DNA of 64,000 nt, from NCBI RefSeq assembly GCF_032055285.1, contig NZ_DAMBRE010000008.1:19697-83696 (forward strand), in the 5' to 3' direction. Made by a program: the position numbers and the translations under genes. Positions 50,601 to 57,537 of the stretch are shown in pieces (position 1 is the stretch's first letter; every line of letters starts with the position of its first letter). The notes below the pieces were generated by a model. The model was not told the origin of the DNA. It was given only the letters and a program-made list of their open reading frames with translations, and ran no database searches. The stretch comes from Brevundimonas sp. Lineage in GTDB: Bacteria > Pseudomonadota > Alphaproteobacteria > Caulobacterales > Caulobacteraceae.

Positions 50601-51084
50601 TGCTGCGAAACGCCGGCGCTTCCCCTTCGACCGCCTCGATCAGCGGGTCGGGCGTCTGATCGGCCGTCCCGCGATGCACCCGCATGGTAACGCCCGTCAG
50701 GTCCAGCGGCTGGCCGTCGGCCCAGACCCGCCCCACCCCGTCGATCGGTCCCTCGCCCAGCCCCACGGCGAAGCTCAGCGAGTAGTCGTATTCGACCGTC
50801 CTCTGGCCGCCCTTGCCACCCGACCGCTTGGTCCGGTTCTCCAGAAACCGCGCGGCCCAGATGACCTGGCCGACCACGCGCGCCCGACCAAGGACGCAGC
50901 CCATCGGCGCCCCCTCCGCAGAGGACTGCAGGTTCAGCGCCTCCAGCCGCGGCCCTTTCTGCCGCGCCGGCGACAGGCTGGCGATCACGTGATTGTCGAT
51001 GGCCCGCCCAATGGTCGCGCCGATAAAGGCGCCCACCGGCCCGCCGATGGACCCGCCGACCGCCGTCAGAACCACCTGCGCCAT
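47689..51084 (-). CDS. GTA g15-like host-specificity / baseplate multidomain protein
   Basis: 1131 aa. The N-terminus MAQVVLTAVGGSIGGPVGAFIGATIGRAIDN...LEALNLQSSAEGAPM is typical of GTA ORFg15; the central part is TIM-barrel-like. Confidence 0.85.
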   Translation of the reverse strand: MAQVVLTAVGGSIGGPVGAFIGATIGRAIDNHVIASLSPARQKGPRLEALNLQSSAEGAPMGCVLGRARVVGQVIWAARFLENRTKRSGGKGGQRTVEYDYSLSFAVGLGEGPIDGVGRVWADGQPLDLTGVTMRVHRGTADQTPDPLIEAVEGEAPAFRSTAYAVFEDLPLGPFGNRAPQLAFEVFRRVPGEGRLEDLLEGVCLIPGAGEFCLATEAVMRREGLAKTRAENVHHAEGRADLLVSLDQLMVQAPKLKRVSLVVGWFGDDLRAGDCRVRPGVENRTKATEPQTWKVAGVERAGAHLISEVDDGKGGVGPAYGGTPSDESVRQAIRALKDRGLEVTLYPFVFMDCPGYPWRGRVTGNDGAGAAEEVTALFGAADGWGLRRLALHYAGIAAEEGADGLLIGSEMRGLTWTRDADGGFPAVTQFRALAAECRAVVGPDVKLSYAADWSEYFGRQVDSEVRFHLDPLWADPNIDYVGIDWYPPLGDWRAGDWRDGGGGLDAEAGFRGPSSPAYLAAQVAGGEGFDWYYADEGDRAAQARTPILDTAHGEDWVFRPKDLKGWWSNPHHDRIAGVRSATPTAWVPMMKPIRLTEFGCAAVDRGGNAPNLFLDPKSSESALPPFSTGARDDRMQRRALEAVLKHYADPKNNPVSPVYGGSMLAGADVWCWDARPFPAFPALKAVWADAGAWRTGHWLNGRMSGEAVDLIAAVLRRGGLEEDEFSIGALEGEATGYVIDRPMRTRDALEPLLAAFGATAAERDGRVAVSSDEAAVLTLTAAALALPDEGTSLAAERSLEPSPNMARVRFIDETADYQTGAVVARAEQGGYGGGLDADLPVVCDAELATSVARRALAAGEASERLMARLGPLQALGLEPGDTVEVEGRAGEWRATRLDWDEQPTATLEPVVRIGPGEATPDWRPGEPPTVVGAPFLRLLDLPLLPGAEEDGRPVAVIAAEPWRPMTLHGGQDATTLTPRASAAQSATVGVLIEPLTRGVLGRWDEANAIVVRIEGAAPQSLSASAVLGGGNALAVETAAGWEVVQYRQAELIGGDRWDMEPAEVDPRRFRVRVLDGEVEKRVWEVVGLETVYAAALMAADWPGGSGENARIAVAQWGEGYGWGAEAVARLV

Positions 51085-51705
51085 TCACGTCTCCTTCGTC
51101 GCCGGCCAGCGGAAGGCCGCGACCAGTCTTCGCCGCCACCACGGCCCCATCCAGCTCTCGACCACCGCGCGCCCCCAATAGGCGTGGATCATCTTCCACT
51201 CCGGTCCGTCATCTGCGCTCAGGATGGCGCAGTGCTTGACCGGACAGCCTGCGCTCATGCGGAACAGCAGCACGTCCCCCGCCCGCGCCGCCTGCGGCGC
51301 AATCTCGATCAGCCAGCGCCGGGCCGCGTGCAGCAGCGTCTCCTCGCCGCCGACCTCGGCCCAGTCGCCCCGGTAAGGCGGCGGCGCCTCCGGCTCGTCG
51401 CCCACCACCTCGCGCCACAGCCCGCGCACCAGACCCAGACAGTCCGCGCCCTCGCCCCTCAGGCTGGCCTGATGCCGATAGGGCGTCCCCAGCCAGCCGC
51501 GCGCGGCGGCGACGACGGCGGCGGCGCGCCGCCTTTCTCCCTCCCCTTCATGGGGAGGGTGGCTGAGGCCGTCAGGCCGACGCCGGGTGGGGGCGGCCGG
51601 CAAACCATCCGCGCCGCTCCGCATCGCTTGGCCTTCCCCGCCCGGTCGCTGCGCGACCACCCTCCCCATGAAGGGGAGGGAGAACTCTGCTTCCTCCCAC
51701 CTCAT
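51085..51705 (-). CDS. GTA g14-like NlpC/P60 peptidase, 5' end runs through repeat B1
   Basis: WLGTPYRHQASLRGEGADCLGLVRGLWREV (catalytic Cys) and H at KHCAIL. ATG 51705 overlaps the g13 stop (ATGA). No ATG/GTG/TTG lies between the repeat and the catalytic Cys. Confidence 0.75.
   Translation of the reverse strand: MRWEEAEFSLPFMGRVVAQRPGGEGQAMRSGADGLPAAPTRRRPDGLSHPPHEGEGERRRAAAVVAAARGWLGTPYRHQASLRGEGADCLGLVRGLWREVVGDEPEAPPPYRGDWAEVGGEETLLHAARRWLIEIAPQAARAGDVLLFRMSAGCPVKHCAILSADDGPEWKMIHAYWGRAVVESWMGPWWRRRLVAAFRWPATKET
51536..51683. repeat. Family-B nested-palindrome repeat (copy B1)
   Basis: TIRs TCTCCCTCCCCTTCATGGGGAGGGTGG / CCACCCTCCCCATGAAGGGGAGGGAGA, with an imperfectly palindromic interior. 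Confidence 0.75.
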
Positions 51706-52355
51706 CGCCGGCTCCCGCCGTCATGCCGCCCGCCGTCGGCGGGTCGCGCGGCGATGAAGTCGTCGCCCGGAATGTCGGGAAAGCCCTGGAAGTTGACTCC
51801 GTTGTCGAACCGCCCCGTGCAGGTGATCCAGCGCTTGTCGCAGCGCCGTCCCGCGATCGCCGTGAGGCTCAACCCGCACCGCGCGTCTCCCAGCACCGCG
51901 TCGCAGGTCCGGCCATAGGTTCGCCCTATGACCCGCTCCAGCGTCGCCATCGGCCCGTCCAGATCGGCGATGAAGGCCCCCTTCTCGCGCCGGATCCGCG
52001 CCAGCGTCCCCGCCCAAAGCCGCACCCTCAGCGCCGGCTTCGTCCAGTCCACGCGCCACAGTTCGACCCGCGCCCCGTCATAGAGTCCCGTTGCGATGTC
52101 GCTTTCGGTGATCGCCTCGTCGTCCAGCCCGCCCGACGCCGACATCCCGCCCGCCGTCAGCCCGAGCGCGCCTTCGCCCGCCCCCGCTGTCCAGCCGCTG
52201 CCCGCGCGACAGACCACGCCGTCCAGCGTCACGTCGCGATCGTGATCGGTGAAGCCCATGGCCTCGCCGTCCGCCCGCCTCAGCACCCAGGCATGGCACA
52301 GCATCGCCGCCCCGCTCTCGATGCGGGCGGCCATTTCGTTCGGTATGTCTCTCAT
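51702..52355 (-). CDS. GTA g13-like protein (DUF2163)
   Basis: MRDIPNEMAARIESGAAMLCHAWVLRRADGEAMGFTDHDRDV...; ATG 52355 lies inside the 52484 ORF, whose N-terminus is repeat-derived. Confidence 0.8.
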   Translation of the reverse strand: MRDIPNEMAARIESGAAMLCHAWVLRRADGEAMGFTDHDRDVTLDGVVCRAGSGWTAGAGEGALGLTAGGMSASGGLDDEAITESDIATGLYDGARVELWRVDWTKPALRVRLWAGTLARIRREKGAFIADLDGPMATLERVIGRTYGRTCDAVLGDARCGLSLTAIAGRRCDKRWITCTGRFDNGVNFQGFPDIPGDDFIAARPADGGRHDGGSRR

Positions 52356-52362
52356 CCCACCC

Positions 52363-52499
52363 CTCTTTCCGCCCCACTCGTGGGGAGGGGGACCGCAAAG
52401 CGGTGGAGGGGGCGACGCCGCCATTGCCAAGCGTCCCGCCGCCCCCTCCGTCTCGCCTGCTACGCAGCCGATCCACCTCCCCATGAATGGGGATGAAAC
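52363..52499. repeat. Family-A repeat (copy A3, slightly degenerate)
   Basis: CCGCCCCAC-TCG-TGGGGAGGG ... GGTGGAGGGGGC ... CCCCCTCCGTCTC ... CCTCCCCATGAATGGGGATG. Confidence 0.65.
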
Positions 52500-52505
52500 C
52501 CGCGC

Positions 52506-53117
52506 CTAGACCCGCACTTCGATCAGCGGCATGGCCACCATCCGCCCGGCGCCGAAACTCTCCAGCGTCACCTCGATCCGGTCGGCGTCGAACCGCACGG
52601 GCGTGTCAAAGACGAACCCTGCCGTCACCACCGCGCCCAGGGCCGGCGGCGTCGCCAGCGTCGCTTCCCCGGTCAGGTGATCCAGCGCGAAGGCCGTCGT
52701 CTCGACGCCGTTCACCGCCACCCGCACCGACCCCTCGACCGGCTTCGCAATCCGCCGCACATGGTCGCCGTAGGCCTTGCTCAGCCCAAAGCTGCGCCGC
52801 GCCCCGTCCCCGGCCCCGATCCTCTGGTCCGTCGCCGCCACCGCCTCGCCGGGCGCACAGCTCTTGAAGTCGGCGAAGTCGCGGAACCGGAAGCCGTACA
52901 GCCGTCCGCGCCGCGCCTCGAAAAACGCCGTCAGCGCCGCCATGTCGTCCAACGACCGCAGCCCCGCCCCGATCAGATAGCGCCGACGTCCCTCGGCCCA
53001 GGGCGTCGAGCGCCGCTCGAACCCCGAGCCCAGGGTGGTGATCTCCGTCCGCCGCTCCACCCCGCCCGTCGATCCAAACGCCAGCCGCGCCGGCAGGCGC
53101 ACCTCGTGAAAAGCCAT
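52506..53117 (-). CDS. GTA g12-like protein (DUF2460)
   Basis: MAFHEVRLPARLAFGSTGGVERRTEITTLGSGFERRSTPW...; AGGAG SD upstream of ATG 53117. Confidence 0.85.
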   Translation of the reverse strand: MAFHEVRLPARLAFGSTGGVERRTEITTLGSGFERRSTPWAEGRRRYLIGAGLRSLDDMAALTAFFEARRGRLYGFRFRDFADFKSCAPGEAVAATDQRIGAGDGARRSFGLSKAYGDHVRRIAKPVEGSVRVAVNGVETTAFALDHLTGEATLATPPALGAVVTAGFVFDTPVRFDADRIEVTLESFGAGRMVAMPLIEVRV

Positions 53118-53201
53118 TGAAGACTCCTGTTATCTTGATTTTCCGCGGCAGCCCGTCCACTGACCGGGAGCGGTCCGTTCGACCGCGGTCGGGGGGCCTG
53201 C

Positions 53202-53834
53202 ATGCGCGGTGAGATTCTCAGCTACGACGCTGTCAGCGGCGAGGGCCTGATCAGCGGCGACGACCTGGTGCGTTACCGCTTCTCGCGCAGCGACGTAGGC
53301 GGCGCTCAGGAGCCCGCGCCGGGCCTGCGCATCGACTTCGTGCCGCTAGACGACCGCGCCTCCCAGATCATCCCCCTGCTCATTCAGGGCTACGGCCTGA
53401 CGCCCGCCAGCTGCCCTCCCGGCGAGGCGCCGCTCAGCCCCTGGCCCTATTTCGTCCGCTGCATCCGCGAGAAGTTCATAGACGGCGACGGTCGCGCCCG
53501 GCGACTGGAATACTGGTCCTTCATCCTCTTCGCCTGGCTGACGATGATGGCGGCCTTCGTGCCCTTTTTCCTGCTCGCCGCCCTGGCCGATGACAGCGAC
53601 CTCACGTCCACCCTGGCCTTGCTCACCTTACTGCTGCCGGCCTTCTGGGGCCTGTTCCTGATGATTCCCGGCATCGCCCTGGCCTCGCGCCGTCTGCACG
53701 ACATCGGCCTTTCCGGCTGGCTCTATCTGGTGACCTTCGTCCCCTACGTCGGCGGCCTCTTCATGCTGGTCGTCGCCTGCATTCCTTCCCAGCCCCACCC
53801 CAATCGTTACGGTTTGGCGTCCAAGCGCTTCTGA
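53202..53834 (+). CDS. Membrane protein: cold-shock-like N-domain fused to DUF805
   Basis: N-terminus MRGEILSYDAVSGEGLISGDDLVRYRFSRS...GLRIDFVP; C-terminus RRLEYWSF...ASRRLHDIGLSGW...PSQPHPNRYG (DUF805). Confidence 0.8.
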   Translation: MRGEILSYDAVSGEGLISGDDLVRYRFSRSDVGGAQEPAPGLRIDFVPLDDRASQIIPLLIQGYGLTPASCPPGEAPLSPWPYFVRCIREKFIDGDGRARRLEYWSFILFAWLTMMAAFVPFFLLAALADDSDLTSTLALLTLLLPAFWGLFLMIPGIALASRRLHDIGLSGWLYLVTFVPYVGGLFMLVVACIPSQPHPNRYGLASKRF

Positions 53835-53958
53835 CTCGAATTGAGATTCGCTCTCAAAATTCGAACCCAAGGTCACGCTTCGACTTGTCTGGAAACCGAC
53901 GCTCGGTCATGCTCGCCCCAAGGCGGCCGGGGGCCGTTCAGATCAGGGAGACTTCCGA

Positions 53959-54660
53959 GTGCGCGGTGAAATTCTCAGCTATGACGACGTGTCGGGTACA
54001 GGCCTGATCAGCGGCGACGACAGCCTCCGCTACGGCTTCGCCCGTTCGGCCATCCAGGCCGGCGGAACCATCCGCACCGGCGCCCGCGTCGACTTCGTGC
54101 CCGAGGGCCTGGAAGCGACCCAGATCATGGTCCTGGCCGGCGATCCCGCCGCCGCCTTCGGCCAGGCCGCCAGCTCGGCCTATGTCGCCCGCGACACCGG
54201 CGGCGGCTACGACTTCGCCAGCGCCCTGTTCTCCTTCAACGGCCGCCTGCGCCGCCAACACTTCTGGATCAGCTGGCTGATCCTGCTCGGCGTCAGCGTC
54301 GTCACGAGCTGGATTCCCTTCATCGGCGTTCTGATCGGCCTGATCCTGATCTGGCCCAATCTCGCCATCACCGTCAAACGCCTGCACGACATGGGCAAGA
54401 CGGGCTGGTTCGCTGTCATCCCCTGGGTCGCCACCATCATCGGCTTCTTCATGATCATCAGCGCCGTCGGCATGGCCATCTTCACCAACCCCCAGGCCTT
54501 CGAGAACGAAGACCCGGCGGCGGCCCTGTCCATGCTCGGATCGATGATGGGCGGGCTCGCCATCATGGGTCTGGTCGGCCTGGCCTTCCTGCTCTGGATC
54601 GGCATCACCGACAGCCAGCGCGGCGACAACCGCTTCGGCCCCAATCCCAAGGGCGAGTAA
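53959..54660 (+). CDS. Membrane protein: cold-shock-like N-domain fused to DUF805 (paralog)
   Basis: GTG start with GGGAG SD. MRGEILSYDDVSGTGLISGDDSLRYGFARS...GARVDFVP; RRQHFWISW...VKRLHDMGKTGW...GDNRFGPNP. Confidence 0.8.
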   Translation: MRGEILSYDDVSGTGLISGDDSLRYGFARSAIQAGGTIRTGARVDFVPEGLEATQIMVLAGDPAAAFGQAASSAYVARDTGGGYDFASALFSFNGRLRRQHFWISWLILLGVSVVTSWIPFIGVLIGLILIWPNLAITVKRLHDMGKTGWFAVIPWVATIIGFFMIISAVGMAIFTNPQAFENEDPAAALSMLGSMMGGLAIMGLVGLAFLLWIGITDSQRGDNRFGPNPKGE

Positions 54661-54664
54661 GTTC

Positions 54665-54697
54665 AAGGGGCGCTCTTCGGAGCGCCCCTTTTTCTTT
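54665..54697 (+). terminator. Intrinsic terminator after the DUF805 pair
   Basis: AAGGGGCGCTC-TTCG-GAGCGCCCCTT followed by TTTCTTT. Confidence 0.7.
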
Positions 54698-54790
54698 GGG
54701 AGGCTAACGCGACCCGCGCGGCGGCTCGCTGCTTGAGCCTCGCTTTTCTTGGGCTATCGCGACCCGCGCGGCGCTTCGCGGCTTGAGCCT
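54692..54790. repeat. Two tandem copies of an about-48-bp unit
   Basis: TTCTTTGGGAGGCTAACGCGACCCGCGCGGCGGCTCGCTGCTTGAGCCT followed by TTTTCTTGGGCTATCGCGACCCGCGCGGCGCTTCGCGGCTTGAGCCT. Confidence 0.55.
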
Positions 54791-54796
54791 GCGCCG

Positions 54797-55339
54797 CTAC
54801 ATCCTTCGCGCCCCCAGGGCCGTCGCCCGCGCCAGCATCCGCGCGATCTGCGCCTCGGACCGCAACAGGCCCTGCGCCCCGCCGTCCACGCTGACGTTGA
54901 CCGTCACCCCGGCCCCCGACCCAAAGTGACCGCCCAGCGAGTCGATGCTGCCGGCCCCAGCCGGTCGAAACACTTCCGGCCCGCGCTCGCCGACCAGATA
55001 GGCCCCGCCGCCCAGCACCGGCCCGCCATCGGCCCGCGCCCCGCCAAAGCCGCTCATCACCGCCGCGATCGCATCCGACAGGCCGCCCTTGCCGCCCGAT
55101 CCCGCCGCCGCATTGACCGCGTTCAGCACCGCCCGCGCCAACTCGGCCAGGGTCACCTCCCCGTCCGCCGCCGCCCGCGTCAGCGACCGCGTCAGGCTCA
55201 TCCCCGCCCGCCCGAACGCGTCCTCAATGGACGCCGCCGCCCGCTCCGCCGGTTCCCGCAGCGCCTCCAGCGCCTGCGCCGCCTCCGCCACCCTCACCGG
55301 CACGGCGTCCAGCCCGTCGGGCCTGAAACTGTCAGTCAT
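54797..55339 (-). CDS. GTA g11-like short tail tape measure protein
   Basis: 180 aa, Ala/Gly-rich, with C-terminal GGAYLVGERGPEVF motif. Confidence 0.75.
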   Translation of the reverse strand: MTDSFRPDGLDAVPVRVAEAAQALEALREPAERAAASIEDAFGRAGMSLTRSLTRAAADGEVTLAELARAVLNAVNAAAGSGGKGGLSDAIAAVMSGFGGARADGGPVLGGGAYLVGERGPEVFRPAGAGSIDSLGGHFGSGAGVTVNVSVDGGAQGLLRSEAQIARMLARATALGARRM

Positions 55340-55505
55340 CCGGCCACATCTCCCTCATCCGCTCCAGCTCGCCGCGCCCCAGCGGCGCCGCCTGAACCGG
55401 CCTCGCCGTCAGCATCCGCCATTCCTTCAGCGACAGCCGCCAGAACCCCTCCGGCCCCACGCCCATCCGCGCCGCCGCCTGCATCATGTCACCCCAGGGA
55501 GTCAT
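55332..55505 (-). CDS. GTA g10.1-like tail assembly protein (57 aa, not in ORF track)
   Basis: MTPWGDMMQAAARMGVGPEGFWRLSLKEWRMLTARPVQAAPLGRGELERMREMWPDD. Its ATG overlaps the g10 stop (ATGA), and its 3' end overlaps the g11 start by 8 nt. Confidence 0.7.
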   Translation of the reverse strand: MTPWGDMMQAAARMGVGPEGFWRLSLKEWRMLTARPVQAAPLGRGELERMREMWPDD

Positions 55506-55792
55506 GCCGCCGCCGCAAAGGCCTTCGCCACCGCCTCCGCCGCCTCGCGCGGATCAACGGTCGCGCTCGCCAGCCCGTCCGCCAGCGCCCCCTCGCCCCC
55601 GCCGCGCAGCAGGGCCGCCAGCACCACCATCAGATCTCGCGCCGACAGAGAGCGCATCCGCTCGGCCAGCCCCGCCATCCCGGCTGTGCCCAGCCCCGTC
55701 TCGATCTCAGCCAAGGCCCCCAGCGTCAGACACAGCCTCCGCTCCGCCCCCGCCAGCACCACCACCGCCTCGCCCCGCACGCCGTTGGTCAT
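55502..55792 (-). CDS. GTA g10-like tail assembly chaperone
   Basis: MTNGVRGEAVVVLAGAERRLCLTLGALAEIE...; ATG 55792 lies inside the 55864 ORF, whose N-terminus is repeat-derived. Confidence 0.75.
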   Translation of the reverse strand: MTNGVRGEAVVVLAGAERRLCLTLGALAEIETGLGTAGMAGLAERMRSLSARDLMVVLAALLRGGGEGALADGLASATVDPREAAEAVAKAFAAAA

Positions 55793-55799
55793 TGTCCAC

Positions 55800-55929
55800 C
55801 TTCTTTCCTCCCCACCCCGTGGGGAGGGGGACCGCGTAGCGGTGGAGGGGCTTTCCCCGCTCAACCCGCCCCTCCGTCACGGACGCTTGCACGTCCGCGC
55901 CACCTCCCCATTTTCATGGGGAGGAGAGA
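55800..55929. repeat. Family-A repeat (copy A4)
   Basis: CCTCCCCAC-CCC-GTGGGGAGG ... GGTGGAGGGGC ... GCCCCTCCGTCAC ... CCTCCCCAT-TTTC-ATGGGGAGG. Confidence 0.7.
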
Positions 55930-55934
55930 TCAAC

Positions 55935-56345
55935 TCACACCGCGCTGAACGTCACTTCGCCCGCGCTCGCCAGACTCAGCGCAAAGCTCGCCTCCCCCTC
56001 GTGCTCGCCGGCGTATTCCAGCGCCGCCACGATGAACGGCCCCTCCAGCACGCCGAAGTCCGGCACGATCAGCCGCCACGTCTTGGCCGCCTGTTCAAAG
56101 AAGGCCTCGCGGATCAGGGCGTCGGACGCCGCGTCGCGGAAGATCCCCTGCCCCGACACCGCCGCCGACTTGACCCCTGCCCCCGCCAGCAGTTCGCGCC
56201 ATCGTCCGGCGCTGTCGCCGTCCGTGGCGTCCACCGTCTTGGCGTTCAGCGAAATCGTCCGCGCCCTCAGCCCCGCCACCGTGGTGAAGGCCCCGCCCTC
56301 GCCCGCGATCTTCAACAGAATGTCCTTGCCGCGCTGGGCCGTCAT
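55935..56345 (-). CDS. GTA g9-like major tail protein (TP901-1 family)
   Basis: MTAQRGKDILLKIAGEGGAFTTVAGLRARTISLNAKTVDATD..., 136 aa; CGGAGA SD. Confidence 0.85.
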   Translation of the reverse strand: MTAQRGKDILLKIAGEGGAFTTVAGLRARTISLNAKTVDATDGDSAGRWRELLAGAGVKSAAVSGQGIFRDAASDALIREAFFEQAAKTWRLIVPDFGVLEGPFIVAALEYAGEHEGEASFALSLASAGEVTFSAV

Positions 56346-56377
56346 TTGAATCTCCGTTTAGCCAATGATGCGCCGCC

Positions 56378-56520
56378 TCTCCCTCCCCTTCATGGGGAGG
56401 GTGGCTGACGCGAAGCGTCAGACGGGTGGGGGCGCTTCGACTATTCGCGCCGCGCCCCCATCACACCGCCCTCCCCACCCGGTCGCTGCGCGACGACCCT
56501 CCCCATGAAGGGGAGGGAGA
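56378..56520. repeat. Family-B repeat (copy B2)
   Basis: It carries the same TIRs as B1/B3/B4 (right arm CGACCCTCCCCATGAAGGGGAGGGAGA). Confidence 0.7.
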
Positions 56521-56529
56521 AGCGGCGCG

Positions 56530-56937
56530 CTAAATCTCTTCCGTCACGGCCCGCAGCCGCATCACCGCCCAGGCCCGTTTCAAATCCGCGCTGCGAAATA
56601 CGTCGGTGAAGGTCACGCCCAGGCTGACCGCCTTCACCCCGTCCGCCTCAACCACTGCGTCCGCCACTCGCGCCCGCACCGCCGCCGCGACCGCTCGCGC
56701 CTCCTCCATGCCCGCAAATCGGCTGGCGCAGGTCAGGGTCAGTCGATGCTCGACCCCGCCCCCGTCGGCGTTCAGCCCCCGGCTCTCGCCCTTGCCGATC
56801 AGCAGATGCGGAAACGCGGGCTCCTCCGGCGGCTGGTCCCAGACCCTCACCGGATCACCCAGCAGCGCCTGCAAGGCCGCGTCGCCCTTCAGCCAGGCGA
56901 TCAGCGCCTTGATCAGCGCCCCCTCATGATCCTTCAT
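56530..56937 (-). CDS. GTA g8-like protein (DUF3168, tail terminator)
   Basis: MKDHEGALIKALIAWLKGDAALQALLGDPVRVWDQPP...; its ATG overlaps the g7 stop (ATGA). Confidence 0.8.
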   Translation of the reverse strand: MKDHEGALIKALIAWLKGDAALQALLGDPVRVWDQPPEEPAFPHLLIGKGESRGLNADGGGVEHRLTLTCASRFAGMEEARAVAAAVRARVADAVVEADGVKAVSLGVTFTDVFRSADLKRAWAVMRLRAVTEEI

Positions 56938-57236
56938 CGCGCCCGCTCCAGATTCAGCCGCACCCGCCCTGCCGCCTTCGGATCGGCCTCGATCCCGACC
57001 AGGCCCCAGTCCGCCCCGCCGAAGCGCACCACCAGCCCCTCGGCCAGCCTCGGATCGGCGCGCACGGTGGCGCTCAGCGTCTCCACGCCCCGCGTCACGC
57101 CGCCTTCCGTCCGCTCGCGCCGCCGTCGCGCGCCCAGGCTCAGCCACAGCGACCCGACCGGCTCATAGCTGACTGCGCGCCCGCCATGGGGCGTCTCCGC
57201 CTCCACCGGCCGCACCAGGCTCGCGACCACCTTCAT
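56934..57236 (-). CDS. GTA g7-like head-tail adaptor / head closure protein
   Basis: MKVVASLVRPVEAETPHGGRAVSYEPVGSLWLSL... Start is uncertain (ATG 57236 or GTG 57278). Confidence 0.7.
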   Translation of the reverse strand: MKVVASLVRPVEAETPHGGRAVSYEPVGSLWLSLGARRRRERTEGGVTRGVETLSATVRADPRLAEGLVVRFGGADWGLVGIEADPKAAGRVRLNLERAR

Positions 57237-57244
57237 CGCGCCGC

Positions 57245-57511
57245 TCAAAGCCGCACCACGCGATAGGGCGCGATCCACCCCTCGACCGGCGCCGCCGACA
57301 TCTCGCTCTCGCCCCGCTCATAGGCGCGCAGCGCCAGCATCATCACCGCCAGCCGCAGCGGCGCCGGCGAGGTCGAGGCCAGCGTCAGCCCCACCTCCCC
57401 CTCCACCCGCGCCCTCGCGGCGTCGATCAGGGTCTGGATCAGCCCGTCCTCCGCCTCATGCTCGACGCGCAGGAACAGCTTCGCCTCCGTGAGGCTCACG
57501 GGTGCGGTCAT
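57245..57511 (-). CDS. GTA g6-like head-tail connector (gp6-like)
   Basis: MTAPVSLTEAKLFLRVEHEAEDGLIQTLIDAARARVE... Confidence 0.8.
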   Translation of the reverse strand: MTAPVSLTEAKLFLRVEHEAEDGLIQTLIDAARARVEGEVGLTLASTSPAPLRLAVMMLALRAYERGESEMSAAPVEGWIAPYRVVRL

Positions 57512-57537
57512 GGGTAAATCTCCAGTGTTTTCTGCAT

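Noticed and set aside
55495-55560. Programmed -1 frameshift joining g10 and g10.1, as in phage tail chaperones G/GT.
   Set aside because: g10.1 is in the -1 frame, and that frame is open just upstream. However, there is no X_XXY_YYZ slippery heptamer near the g10 end (…AAG GCC TTT GCG GCG GCG GCA TGA). g10.1 also has its own ATG overlapping the stop, so simple coupling is sufficient.
54749-56408. Long Pro/Arg-rich plus-strand ORFs (54749-55948, 55089-56408).
   Set aside because: They are antisense to GTA g9-g11 and cross two repeats, showing low-complexity shadow-frame composition.
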